Assembly: GCA_040143965.1 (NCBI GenBank)
Contig: JASJQH010000052.1
Coordinates: 1 to 37,637, forward strand
Length of the DNA stretch: 37,637 bases
From: Basidiobolus ranarum
Lineage: Eukaryota
Reading direction: 5' to 3'
Shown here piece by piece: positions 37,313 through 37,637 of the stretch. The notes under the pieces were generated by a model, which saw only the letters and a program-made list of their open reading frames with translations, had not been told where the DNA came from and ran no database searches. The position numbers and the translations under genes are program-made. The first letter of the stretch is position 1. Each line of letters begins with the position of its first letter.

Positions 37313-37637
37313 GATTATGAGCCCTGAGTTTACACTTTCTGTAATGTCTACTTCTCAAGTTTCTGGAACTTTCCCTCTTTGGAGGAACTGGATGGAACCA
37401 TTTTTCAAGCTTGGAAAAAACAGACTCCATCTTCAGTACTTTAGTACAACCAAAGTTCTCAACCACCATCAAGCAAAATGGTCATTTTTTCTTGCCAGTT
37501 TTGACTTTGTGATTATATATTGACCAGGTGTTGTGTCCAAGAGAAAAGTGGATAAAAAGTCTTGAACTTTACTGAACCAAAGAAACAGTTAAGTGCAGAA
37601 TCTTAGAACTGTTTAAGCAGGATATATAAGCAGAGCA

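Noticed and set aside
37236-37523. ORFs at the right end as a possible transposase
   Set aside because: Short, overlapping the inverted repeat, and without DDE or other transposase motifs.

Overview
Gene-dense eukaryotic DNA with short introns (mostly 50-110 nt). It looks like an early-diverging fungus (Zoopagomycota/Mucoromycota-like; Basidiobolus-like is a guess, not shown). I reconstructed about 20 protein-coding loci by joining ORF fragments at splice sites. Core genes (1.5-28.3 kb): TRF4-type poly(A) polymerase, UBTD, ARPC4, an intronless bacterial-looking GNAT, a CsbD/Hmp1-like stress protein, Ras (with one GC-AG intron), CSN3, three adjacent respiratory-chain subunits (NI9M, COX6, COX9), a compact Pbs2 MAPKK, an FCP1-like HAD phosphatase without BRCT, PEX3, NDC80 and MON1. 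A more accessory-looking right end (28.7-37.6 kb) holds an intronless helical unknown, a truncated Bax-inhibitor/TMBIM gene, a secreted S1 protease with a non-trypsin pocket, a single-pass membrane protein with a Frizzled-like cysteine-rich domain, a GT61 glycosyltransferase with an altered HG motif, and a CpG-free tail with interleaved inverted repeats (A-B-A'-B'). I recognised no tRNA, rRNA, CRISPR or intact transposase. All family assignments come from motif recognition, not from database searches.
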